From Ophelia neglecta (taxonomy: Eukaryota), in the NCBI GenBank assembly GCA_965285935.1, contig OZ260667.1, positions 52,886,001-52,950,000 of the forward strand: a stretch of DNA of 64,000 bases. The letters run 5' to 3'. Under the pieces are notes generated by a model. That model ran no database searches, was not told the origin of the DNA, and saw nothing but the letters and a program-made list of their open reading frames with translations. Both the position numbers and the translations under genes were made by a program. Shown here in pieces: positions 1 through 11,180 of this stretch (its first letter is position 1; each line of letters opens with the position of its first letter).

Positions 1-32
1 ACAATATATAATTTAAATCACGAACAATAAAC

Positions 33-1040
33 CTATAACGCCGGCAGAAGAACCTGTGAATTACCATAATAAATGAACCTGAATATTTCTCCAACTGTTG
101 TATTAAGTGACCGGATGGTATTAGGGTCATAATCCACATTATGTTCTCTGTAGTACAAATGTACAGCCAGGTTTTCTGACCAGTCCCACAGTTTACCATC
201 CGAGTAAAGCCAGTCTCGCTCGTTCCAATTTGGACGAAGCAAAGAAAACCAGTCAATGTGAACTAGATCTGGGTGTCGTTTGGCCAGTTTCATGGGAATT
301 ATCACAGAATGCTGATTCCATTGTGAATCATCAAACGTCCGATAGGTGTCACGCCATAGTTGCAGAAACGAAGCGTTCTTTGTTGCAAGAATGATGCCAT
401 TGGCTAAAAGGTCAGGGGACTCAGCCCCCATGGTGACTCTATAAGTCATAAGCGAATCAAATGCCTTGAGAACTATCACGTCAAGATCTATGTATATGCC
501 ACCATATTCTAGCAGTATATTGAGTCTAAATACATCTGCTTGGTGTTCCGGTCTCTCGATTACGTTTCCGAAAATAATCCTAGGGGGCGTTGCTTCTACC
601 ATTAGGATATGTGGTACTGTTTGTTTCACAAATACCCACCAAGGTCCTACGGGCAGATGGTCATACCAGAAAAGTATCTTCGTCGGGTGAATATGCTTCA
701 TGACACTAATGAGACACAGCAGGTGGTGAAACCTAAATTTGGTTTTCTCCGGGTAAAACCAAACAACGTGAACAATATTTGGTACAACAGGCTCTAAGTG
801 TTGTGTTGCCATTTGTGGAGTTCGCGTAGAGCCACTCATTGGTGTCTGAAGCTGAAGTAATGGTACACTGAGTTTGGATTCCACTTGAACCTTGCTTAAC
901 TTGCCTGTAAGTTTTGCTGATTCTTCCAATGTATCAGTCACGTAATAAATACCGACGAAAGCCATACACGCTAAAAGCATGCCACGTAAAATAGGAAGAA
1001 CGTAATATTTGCCTCGGTTTAATACGTAGACAGGCCGCAT
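33..1040 (-). CDS. Glycosyltransferase family 32 (DxD sugar-binding, alpha-1,4-GT/Och1-like), type II membrane protein, intronless CDS (~335 aa)
   Basis: Long ORF with an N-terminal hydrophobic anchor (ILRGMLLACMAFVGIYYV) and a stem region. Motifs VPNIVH, HQADVFRL..LLEYGGIYIDLD (DxD) and NGIILA...FL are typical of GT32/Gly_transf_sug. First ATG is at 1040 (the ORF-track start at 1070 is TTG); stop is TAG at 33-35. A candidate 5'UTR splice acceptor (tttcag|) gives an exon starting at 1224. Confidence 0.9.
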   Translation of the reverse strand: MRPVYVLNRGKYYVLPILRGMLLACMAFVGIYYVTDTLEESAKLTGKLSKVQVESKLSVPLLQLQTPMSGSTRTPQMATQHLEPVVPNIVHVVWFYPEKTKFRFHHLLCLISVMKHIHPTKILFWYDHLPVGPWWVFVKQTVPHILMVEATPPRIIFGNVIERPEHQADVFRLNILLEYGGIYIDLDVIVLKAFDSLMTYRVTMGAESPDLLANGIILATKNASFLQLWRDTYRTFDDSQWNQHSVIIPMKLAKRHPDLVHIDWFSLLRPNWNERDWLYSDGKLWDWSENLAVHLYYREHNVDYDPNTIRSLNTTVGEIFRFIYYGNSQVLLPAL

Positions 1041-2822
1041 TTCAGCTAAATGTGGACAAAGTTCGTTCAAGGCGATTTCACGGTTGTGCTTAATGTGATT
1101 GTCAACTAGAATTGTGTAACTGCCTCATTAAGGGGCAGACGGAGTACATTTCCACTTCTCCCCAATTATCGTTTCTAGACACCGCGTCAGCCATGTGTTA
1201 TATGATATTTGTAACAAATATATCCTGAAATGAGACATATGTTAGAAACATCAGTAAAGCCCTATCTCATTGCTGGCCCTAAAGGCACTTATTCTACTAA
1301 CATGCAAGCCAAGAGTCATGCCTTTTAAAAGCCAAAACAGTGCCATATATGAAAAGTTTTGTCATGGTTTTGTCATATTTTTGTCCGTGTATCTGTATTC
1401 TTTGTGATCACTAAATTTACTTTGTCACATCCTAATCCGATGATTTATACACAAAGAGCGCATTATCGATTGACTGAATTCAATCATGTCCTGATTATAG
1501 AATAAACTGTTAAGGTCCATGGTTTGGTAAGCCATAGCACTGATGCTGCAAAACAGCTATTATTCGAATAATCCAATAATGTTCCCCCAACAATGAGTGT
1601 CTAGGACGAGCTTTTTATTACACACCCACTATGCCCTTGGTTTCCAAGCATCTATGTGTAATGGCACAAAACAACAAAGGGCACACATTGATCCGTTTTC
1701 GCATGTGTGCTTCTATGTTTGAAACTCAATGTGTGGCCAGTATCTATTTCCTGGCACAGCAAAACAAATGCAGATGGGTTCCCCGAGGCTTGATTACACA
1801 TGGTATCAATATATCCATTCCTATACGAGTCCATCCTAGTCAACACAATCACTTTGTATATTGCTGCCAGCACCTTTGTCCTATAGGAAGGCTTAAAGGT
1901 GCTGTGCCTTGCCAGGTCTGCAGTGTCTTCATTCAGGCTGTCTCCGCCGCAATCTGTGCGACGCTTTTATGTCAGGATATTTATGTAGATGTGCACCTTT
2001 AGCATGCCAACTAACGCCCGGTCGCTGTGCCACTGTAAGACGCTTCCTGGGCACAGCCGACAAGCGGCAATCGAGGCCTTCTCGGCAAACACTGTAAACG
2101 AGACCACATCACACACGCTCCCTATCAGGACCAACACGGAAGCCGTTTTCCAGTTGAGCGTACTCTGTTCACTGCAAAGAGATGGGCGGCTGAAGTGCGG
2201 TAAAATAACCCATATTATATCACTCGCATATCAAGTATAGTCTGATATACAAATTTAAGTGTGGTTGATTAGTAAATTTATGCAACCCCATAGGACAAAC
2301 TTGTTTAATTTTGATTATGGACAGGAAATGACAGAGACGCTTCGACTAAGAAAACCAACCACCTGTTACCCCTGACATTACCCCGTTCTGATTAATAAGG
2401 AATAGGCAAATAAATCCGTCCGAAGAACAAAAATCCGTCAACTGCAGGACCGCAAACACCAATATCGAGCTGTGCATGGCCTTTACTTAACTTTTCACGA
2501 GGGGATACAAGGTATACGGTTTTCCAGTATGCCTTTTCAAAATAAATCAACCGGACTGCGTAGGGTCGTAAATTTGATGATTATGTATTCGGTTATAGGA
2601 TGATTGCAAACTCACCTTAACACAATGCTTAAATCGTTCAAATCAAGGGGTCGCTTCTTTCATGCATTCAGTGCTGCCAACGGGAATTTGGTCAGACCAC
2701 TCATCGGTGGCCATCCGAGCAGTATTTCAAAATAGAGCAAAATATTTACTTCATCTCTGTCCTTGGGTGATCACTCACTCGTTTTATTTTGTGTTCTGAC
2801 TGGCATCATGCTAAACTGATGC

Positions 2823-3200
2823 CTACTTCTCATTGCAAGTGATATCTTTATAATTTTCATTATTTATATAATCGACAGGTTCATATACTACTTGGGAGCT
2901 GGTAATTAATGTATTGATGTGTGAAAGCATTTGGCTGTTGGTCTCTGGTGGTGATTTCAGACCGAATGGTATACTATTGGTATATTTATGCAGGGTTTCT
3001 AGTAGCAAGTAGGAAAGCGTGAATCTGGTCAGGAATCTTCTGTGCTATAGTTTCTGCCAACCTAAGTTCTCGAGCATGGATGAATCAGAGCTTTTGTTGT
3101 GCTATCTCCTTGTGAATCTGCTGCATCATGTCGATTTTGTGTTTCAGGGATTTACGCTGGTAGGGGTCCCCCACTAAAGACCAGTATTCGAAGGGCGGCC
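2823..3200 (-). mobile_element. Possible highly degraded Penelope-like element N-terminal relic
   Basis: The minus-strand translation LLETLHKYTNSIPFGLK resembles the FL..C...IIP.GL N-terminal motif of PLE ORFs. Frameshifted, and similarity judged by eye only. Confidence 0.25.
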
Positions 3201-3932
3201 TCACCAACACATGGAAGGCGGCTGATTTCACGCGCTGTTTACATTTGTTGATATTTTGTTTTGATGGGCTTTATTGCAGCTATTGGGGATATGGTTTCAC
3301 CATAAGAGATTGTTAGGTATTTTAACTCCGAGATAGGTTGTTAATGTGACATTTTCTATTATGGTCGAGGATTTTGTATCTCACATGTTTGCACATGGAA
3401 CAATTATATTTAATGTCTAATATTTATTGTTGTTTAACATAGAATTACCCTACTTCAAAATGAAAGAGGACTACAAGAAACAGAAAGAGAAATGCAGAAA
3501 TGGGGAGGTGTGATTAGTGTTTGTCACAAAGTGTAAATAGGAAAATAGTACTAAGCATATATCAATTGACCTTATGTTTCAGCATATTATGGAATTGAAG
3601 AGGTCTACACTCAAGTCTTTCACTCTATAAAATGTATGTCGGATTAGTCACATATAACTATTTTATTTGTCTTTGAATTGCATCCTATTGTCATGAACTG
3701 TCTCATTATTTGTCATCTCTTCAACCTTGCACATTTTTTTTACATAAGAGTTTAAAGATATCATACACGAAGTAGTGGGTTTGGTTTGATATACCAAGAT
3801 GTTCATTTAAAGCTTTGTTATTTGTTGTTGTATTACTTGGTCATTTGCACTTGTTACAAATCGCATGATAAATAAACTTGTGTATCCAATTTTTTCCTGT
3901 TGACTTTTCCTTCTGGTTATGTTTTCGTCATT

Positions 3933-4037
3933 TGTGTCACATCTAGAGGTAATATACAGCAATATTGATTATCCTAGTAGACAAACAAAATCAAATTTGA
4001 ATCGATATTGCTGTATATAATCTCTAGATGTGACACA
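3933..4037. repeat. 105-bp inverted repeat (38-bp arms, 29-nt loop); small MITE or hairpin
   Basis: tgtgtcacatctagaggtaatatacagcaatattgatt (3933-3970) matches the reverse complement of 4000-4037 at 35/38 positions. Confidence 0.85.
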
Positions 4038-5795
4038 GAGTTCTAAAACAGAGTTGTCTTCTTCACTAGAGAAAAAAATACTTTATGAGCTCGCGGGAAA
4101 ATTTCAACTTATTTGCTTCAAGAGAAAGGTCTTAGGTAATTACCAACTTAACCTTTAATTTGTAGCAATTTCTACGCTACACATTTGGCATAAAGCAATG
4201 TTGCGCAGTTAAGGAGCAGGAAAATCATGTATGCTTTTTTAATATATAAGCAATAGACTATGCAAATTGAAAAAAAAAAAAACACAAATTGTCCGGTATT
4301 ATATTTACTAATATGTATTTGAAATATCACAGCTACTATGCATTGGTAATACAGTAGTATGCAATTATGAAATACAGTGCTACGCAAGACGTGTAGTATG
4401 CCAAATGATTAATTTAGTGTTAAGAGTCAGGCCATGGTACTACTATGGATGTCGAAATATGGGCTACGCTTATTGACCTTGGCAAATAAGTCCTCTTAGG
4501 ATAAGATGTTCAAACATTGACATTAATGTCGACCATTTCCTTGATTATCGATTGTACGGTCGTCCATTGTCCTTACGGTTTTCCAATGTATAACAGTATG
4601 CGGCTTAATTTAGGCCGTGCAACCTCTATCTGGCACACAGGCCCTGCTTGGCCAGTGTACGAATCTGCTGGTGTTTTTTTAATGTTAGATACTTCGCATT
4701 ACAATTTATATAGTTTGTTTTTGTTTTTGCTGTCTTCCGGTTATGCACTCTTATTTACTTTATGGACAATGGGTTGGCCCGTATACCCTGTTATATTGCT
4801 TATAGCATAGTGTTTTGTTATGAATTTATAAATCGGTAAATAATGATTCAAAGCCACTCTACACATAACATTTACCATCTTATAATCGAGTATATAGTGG
4901 TAACGGTATCATTGGGTATATGACACTTTCGTTTGTTCGGTAGGTCGGCCCCTAAACCTACAAAAACGCAATATGGTAATAGGTTTATATTGTTAACCTA
5001 ACCAATCATTTGAATGGGAGGGGGGTATATAATGCGCTCCAGAGGCGTGCTGGTATAGGTCCGGGGCAAAATATTCTGGTGATGAAGCTCTCACTTACAG
5101 ATATGTTATTATTCAATAAGGCCATAGTCCTGGGGTACTGATAGCGTCCGAGACATTATTCAGAAGGCAGCTCTCTATATCCTTAAAATCATAATCTATT
5201 ATATTTTCCAGCTGAGCTTCATTTAACAATTTTTTGGTGGTCAGCACATTTGCTATCAAGCTTTCCTTATTTGATTTGTAGACGAAACCCGGTGTTTAAT
5301 AGGATAGCTAATAGATTGATTTATCTTTTATGGTGAAAAGGCGTAGGAGGTTTCGGTGATTGCTGGGGATGTGGTATGATTACATTTGTGAAATAATTGG
5401 CTTGCTTTGCACTTGGTCAGAGCCATTTTCATCCAATCAGCCGCCATCTGGAGCGACCTTAGCAGCGTATGATAAACAATATCAGAACGATATTCTCGAG
5501 TTGCAGTGCTTATGAAAGTATGCTCCTCATATTAATGCCATTTATAGGTGACATTTCATGTTTAGACAGACACCAGCTGCAAACATTATTATCAGTCAGT
5601 ATCTTTTAGCAGAACATGGCTTTTATCGATGTCTATTATACCATTATTAATTGCAGAGTAGTAAGGTTGACCCGTCGAACGGGCCATTCATTACTTCATG
5701 TCATGACCAAGGCATTCAAGAACTAGGCTAATATCCCTTATTTACTTGCAGTTATGTGTAACAAGTAGGTCTTGGTCGAGCATTGAAAGCTGCCC

Positions 5796-5857
5796 GTGCG
5801 CCTGTAATTCCGGCTACGTGTGAGCAATCAGCATATTGGAGCCACTCCAGCCTGGCG
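5796..5857 (+). other. 7SL/SRP Alu-domain-like fragment (degenerate)
   Basis: gtgcgcctgtaattccggctacgtgtgag resembles the 7SL/Alu 5' segment GCGCGCCTGTAATCCCAGCTACTCGGGAG (23/29). cactccagcctgg (5843-5855) follows about 20 nt later and matches the 7SL/Alu 3' segment. Confidence 0.3.
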
Positions 5858-6452
5858 TTCAAAATGCGTAAATCAATATTCCTCTCTGGTATTGTCAACC
5901 CGTTGACTGAAATGAGTCCGTGGTCCTTGGACCTGCCACCCGGCCCAATTCAAGAGGTACGCGGCCCGCCTTTATATCAATCTTCAGAGTTCACGTCCAA
6001 TATGGCCCATGACCACTTGTATGGCATTTTCGGTCCAGATATATGTTATGTCCATTTATGTATTTGGTTTAAACATATTTATTCGCTGGCTTCCCTCAAT
6101 AGGTAAAAGCTAATCAAGGAGGGTTACCAGATAATATACAAAGTATAAATTTTACAATAAATTCTGTTTTTCGCTAGCTAGATATTCACACAAACTATTT
6201 ACACGTATGTTATAATGATCAAACACGTAAAAGTACAGACAGATTATGCATCACATGAACGAGAAATTATTAATCAGGGAAATAATTATAAAGCCAGTTA
6301 GATACAAGAGATTAAATCTAACAATATAACAAAGTACAAATACCAGATAACAATCAATGGATTACTGAAAGGGGTTTGAGTGCAAATATTTGGTGTGATA
6401 GTGAGAATGGTAAGATGGATGGATGGATGAGTAAATGATTCTACAGCAGTGT

Positions 6453-6765
6453 CTACAAAGTTAACCGTTTAGTTTTTTCTAGAAATCGCCCTAAAGCGCA
6501 AACAATTACCTTATCAATGTCGTTGTTGCCCACCCCCGTCTTTAGTGAAATTGATGATAGAGGGGGCGATGCATGTATCAAACAGTCTATAAATAAATTT
6601 CGAAGATTACTATATCTCACACAATAGAAGAGGAAATGGTCGTGCGACTCATCCGTATGTCCGCAGGCACACTCAGGTGAGTCAACACAGTGGTTAAGAT
6701 ACAAATCAAGATTTAAAGAAGTACAATCGGCCCTTAGCTGAGCAAGGAAAATTTGTGTAGGTCAT
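6453..6765 (-). mobile_element. Non-LTR retrotransposon (CR1-like) ORF2 C-terminal relic
   Basis: Translation QIFLAQLRADCTSLNLDLYLNHCVDSPECACGHTDESHDHFLFYCVRYSNLR matches the CxC...H.F..C C-terminal motif of CR1-group RT proteins. Confidence 0.75.
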
Positions 6766-9700
6766 TTATTTATATGTATTTCAAGTAAGAATCACAGGAT
6801 GCGAGCCTACCGTTAAAACAAATGAAAGGTCGATACTCACCTTAATGTATTAACCAAAAAGTGGCGCCTGGGACAGTTTAGACAACAATTATTTTATAGA
6901 TGTTTATTTAGGCAGGCGAAACACAGAAATTAAACAATATCAAGGTGAAATAGCATCAGGCGAGTAAATTAAACAATGTTGGTTTTCTGCAAGTGGATTA
7001 TATTATGGCACATTTTGGGCGTGAGTGCAGTAAGGTGGTTGCCATATAACCCGACTTTTAGATTTTTAATGCCCTTAAATGCGTTAATTTCGATGGTCAA
7101 CATTAATAATACTATATGTTCATTTTCATTTCTATCAGCTGGGTAACCTATTGGTTCTCATTAGCTATGTCACCTATTAATCGTTGCTGCTGTTTAGAAG
7201 GTTTTTTATTTTATTCCCCTTTTTATAAGTTATCACTTATTTCATCATGTGTCAAGTTTAATTTTCAGTTGATCGTTTTTCACGTAGTATCCTTCCATTG
7301 TTCCTCGACAGGTGTTTTTACCTAAAATTATCTTTTCTCCGCCATAGCTTAAATGAGTTGAGTAGACGTGCAGGGGAATGAAATAATTTGTTATTCAAAC
7401 AGGCGTGTATGGCGGAGGGCCAGAAGGTCGGCGGACTCATATACAATTCGTGCGACTAAATGCACAACTAATCATTTTATTAATGGTCATTAACAACTTG
7501 CCATGCACATTAGGTTTTGATTTAGTTGATAATGTTCATCAAGGCAGGTTAACTGCAATGATATACTGTATCAAGGCGAAACGGCATAACATTTCTGAAC
7601 AATAACATCTATACCACAATATGAGTCACCATCAAGACCAATCTTGCTGTAGTTTCTGAGCGAGACAATAGCCGAGACGGATCGTGCATCATAAATAAGA
7701 GTAAAACAAAATTATTGACACGCCCGGGCAACAGAATTATCCAGAGAATAATCGACGCACACCACACTTGTTTGCCTGCAAGTCAATAGAGCAATGGTGG
7801 ATTTTCCAGGAGCTTTAGGCAAACAGCTCGAGTGGCAATCATTTACCTAGCTGGTGGTCCCTTTTCAATGCATGAAGCAATTTTGTCGGCGCCGTCAGGG
7901 GTGAAAACTACCAAATGTGAAGGCCATTAGCATGGGAAGTGGAGTTTGCCAAACAAGCCTTGCTTCCAGGCCATTTGATTACTATTGGAGCATTGGAGGC
8001 TGGACGAACATAAAGTCTTAATTTCGGACACTAACTAGATTTGAAACCCGTACTTGTAACCCCCTCCCTAATCTTAAAAATTGACCTTAACTCAAGACCT
8101 AGCTCTACTCTGGATATTTGGATGCATCCCCATCGAAAGTTCCAATTCTGCCATCGAATGAGCCTGAATTGTATCTACTTCCACTGTACAGAATATATAC
8201 AAAGACTTAGAAAGAAACATTTCCTCCGTTATTGATCAGATGATAGTTCTAGCGATACTGTATTTTATCGAACGTAATGTTTGATTGCATAGCGTCAGAT
8301 TAGTATTGATAACCGTGCTTACGAAAACACTACGTCATGGTGTCAACAACAAAAAGCTAGAATATTGATAAATATATAGAGCCAATACTTTGCTTTGTCT
8401 ATGACACCTTGAATGTAATGAAGCATAGAGTCATGTAAAAGGTTTACAGATATGAATCCCATATTCCTGCAAAATGAGTATAAAGGCAATAGTCCCTCAT
8501 ACACACTTTTAGAGTGACTGTTATGTGATAACGGGTGTCACAGTTTCGAATGAATGTACTGGACATTGTAACCACTGATTTAACAGGCCAATTGCCTGCC
8601 CCTGGAGTCTAGACGCGGGTAAAGCCATCAGTTGGCCTGCGCCTGGCGCCAACCCCCGCCTGGAGTTAGTTAGACATCCATTCTTAGGCAGCCGATCGAT
8701 AAACCAAGGAGACAGTCTTCAGGAACGGTACGCACGGCCATGTGCTCCTAGATACAATGTTAATACGCGATCCCAGCTTATTTCGGCTTCATGCAATATT
8801 GGACTATGTAGTTGAGCTATTTTTTTGGCAGCTTAACCTTGATCATGAACTCAATCAACAATATGAGTGAGCACAGGACTCAGAGGGGTACATGACCAGA
8901 CAGCAGGCGCTTTATAACGTGTCAGAGTTTAGGATAAGACACAAGTGCCTAAAATTCATCACATTAGGTGTAGTATCAACGCCGAAGGGGACATTTACTT
9001 CTAAGGTACGTTTGTAATAAAATACCAATCTACATCGCCTATTGCATCTCTCAGCGGATAATTCAATAGCTAATAGTCACTGAACAAGGCAGGTTTCTAA
9101 TCGGGATTTTATCAAGGACAGAGTACGTTTGTTAGCCCGTGCAACCAATATGCACCGTAATGCATGTGTAGAGTTGGGGTATATCTATATCTACCTGCAA
9201 GCCATGTAAATAGATTATGTCAGCCATTCAACCCGTTAACATTCGCACCCTTACTTTGAATCTGTTTCCAATACAGAGAATGCATTTGCCTTATTATTGT
9301 CTTGTATATATTTTCGAATATTGTATGCACGGTAGTCGGAGGCACCTAGGTTAACCAATGGCTACAATGGTAATTTAGAATTACTAGTATTTCAAATTGT
9401 AATGTGCTTGCTCATGACACACATTGTGGTGGTCCACATGTTACCTAAAGATGTTAATGGATATGCATTGTTTCCTAATAGGAGGTTGTTCTGCCAGGGA
9501 CATGTTATATACCCAAATAATAATTTTACACCTTCTAATGGTGCGTGTTAGACGGCAATCATGTTGCCTCATTATTAATAAATCAGGCATTCTGTTTGTT
9601 GCAAACCAATAGATAATTTACACAACACCCGGGATCTATCTTGCGTAGTTTCCTATGAAATAAGTGCATTAGGGGACTTCATAGAGAATGGATTCTGGCA

Positions 9701-10541
9701 CCGTCTGCAGTGTCTTCCAAACTGGCAATTGACTGCGTATTTGCTGCACATAGTCTCAATATATCAATAATTAATATATTGGTCCCATATAGGTCTATCT
9801 TGCGGGTTTGTATGCACATCATACACATCGTATTGGCTGACAGGTTTTTTTTTTGCATTTTCTGGCACTGGGTACACGATAGAGGCTTAGCGAACAATAG
9901 CATCGCGGAGAGTCAACGAAACCTTTACAGACATGCTTGCAAACAATAAGGAAATGGTTACCTGGTAGACAATGTAACAGACTCTATTCGGGAAGGTTGC
10001 TGTAGCCACTCTTTGGTACTCATTCTTTGAGGAGCCCACTACACGTAGTTTCGTCTCATAAATCATTATTCGTTGTGTATAATTTTGTGCTTTATTATAT
10101 TAAACTGGGCGACCTTCAAGCCTTGATATTTAAGTGTCTTATTTTGTATCGACAAAGAAAGTATTTTGTTCAATAATCTAATGTGAATTAAAACTAACCT
10201 CGTATCTATTATGCATTGAGTCAAAATTTGAATTAGAATATCATCATATCATGGGTTTTTATAGATGTTCCTATAGTTTATAATATATCTTTTTTCAATA
10301 CTTGCAGACATGATCGTGAACAGAAAATGCACCGAACACGGAATAAAGCATATTGTTCTTCGATGTCTTAGATTGTCGCAATGCACTAGTAAAGTAAAAC
10401 AATACGTACTGTTACTATGTTAAAAGATTGGTAAACGACATCAAATGTAAGCATAGTGCATGCACACATGTCTCTGATTTCTAGAGAGGTGAGGCAAGAA
10501 CACTAGCTCTTTTATATTAAACACTAGCTCTATATTATAAC

Positions 10542-11180
10542 ATGGCCGATGCAGACACTGTAGAGTTCGATGCTGATGTGAAACATGTAAAAGTGGTATT
10601 CCTTGGATCCCTAGGCGTCGGAAAAACGTCTATTATACAACAGTTTGTCCGCCAGGAGTTTGGCAAATATAACGCCTCCACACGGCGGCCGGAGTGCTAT
10701 TTTCCGAGTTTGGTAACCAAAGATCACCTCTATGAGGTGAAGATCGTTGACTGTCCCATGATTCCGTATTTTCCGGAAAACTCGATTAGTGAGTGGAGGG
10801 ATTATCGAGGCTACGGGCTACGCAATGCATCAGCATATGTGTTAGTATTTGATGTCACCAATGATAATACATTTGATTACATACGAACAATAAGGGATCA
10901 ACTTTTAGACAGCTTTGACACTAATGATGTTCCAATTGTGGTTGTGGCCAATAAGCATGACCTATTAGAGGACCGTACTATGCATAAAAAGGAATTTGTC
11001 AGCATAATAAGAAAGCAATGGAAATGCGGATACTTTGAATGTAGCGCAAAATACAACTGGCATATCATGGCTCTGTTCAAAGAGATAATGCGAGTGGTGG
11101 ACTGCAGTGAGCTAGCACACAAACAAACCTCAACTCGGATGCAGGACGCACTTAGCAGGAACCACTGTGCTATAATGTGA
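10542..11180 (+). CDS. RASL10B: Ras-like protein family member 10 (RASL10B-like) small GTPase, 212 aa, intronless CDS
   Basis: G1 GSLGVGKT, atypical G3 DCPM, the RASL10-specific insert PYFPENSISEW, G4 NKHD, WKCGYFECSAKYNWHI and C-terminal RNHCAIM (CAAX), all matching RASL10A/B. 5'UTR acceptor ttgcag| at 10307; AATAAA at 11547-11552. Confidence 0.93.
   Translation: MADADTVEFDADVKHVKVVFLGSLGVGKTSIIQQFVRQEFGKYNASTRRPECYFPSLVTKDHLYEVKIVDCPMIPYFPENSISEWRDYRGYGLRNASAYVLVFDVTNDNTFDYIRTIRDQLLDSFDTNDVPIVVVANKHDLLEDRTMHKKEFVSIIRKQWKCGYFECSAKYNWHIMALFKEIMRVVDCSELAHKQTSTRMQDALSRNHCAIM

Noticed and set aside
1631-2240. Cluster of overlapping ORFs in a GC-richer patch with faint Tc1-like wording (RRFLGTADKRQSRPSR)
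   Set aside because: No DDE motifs, TIRs or recognisable domain could be established.
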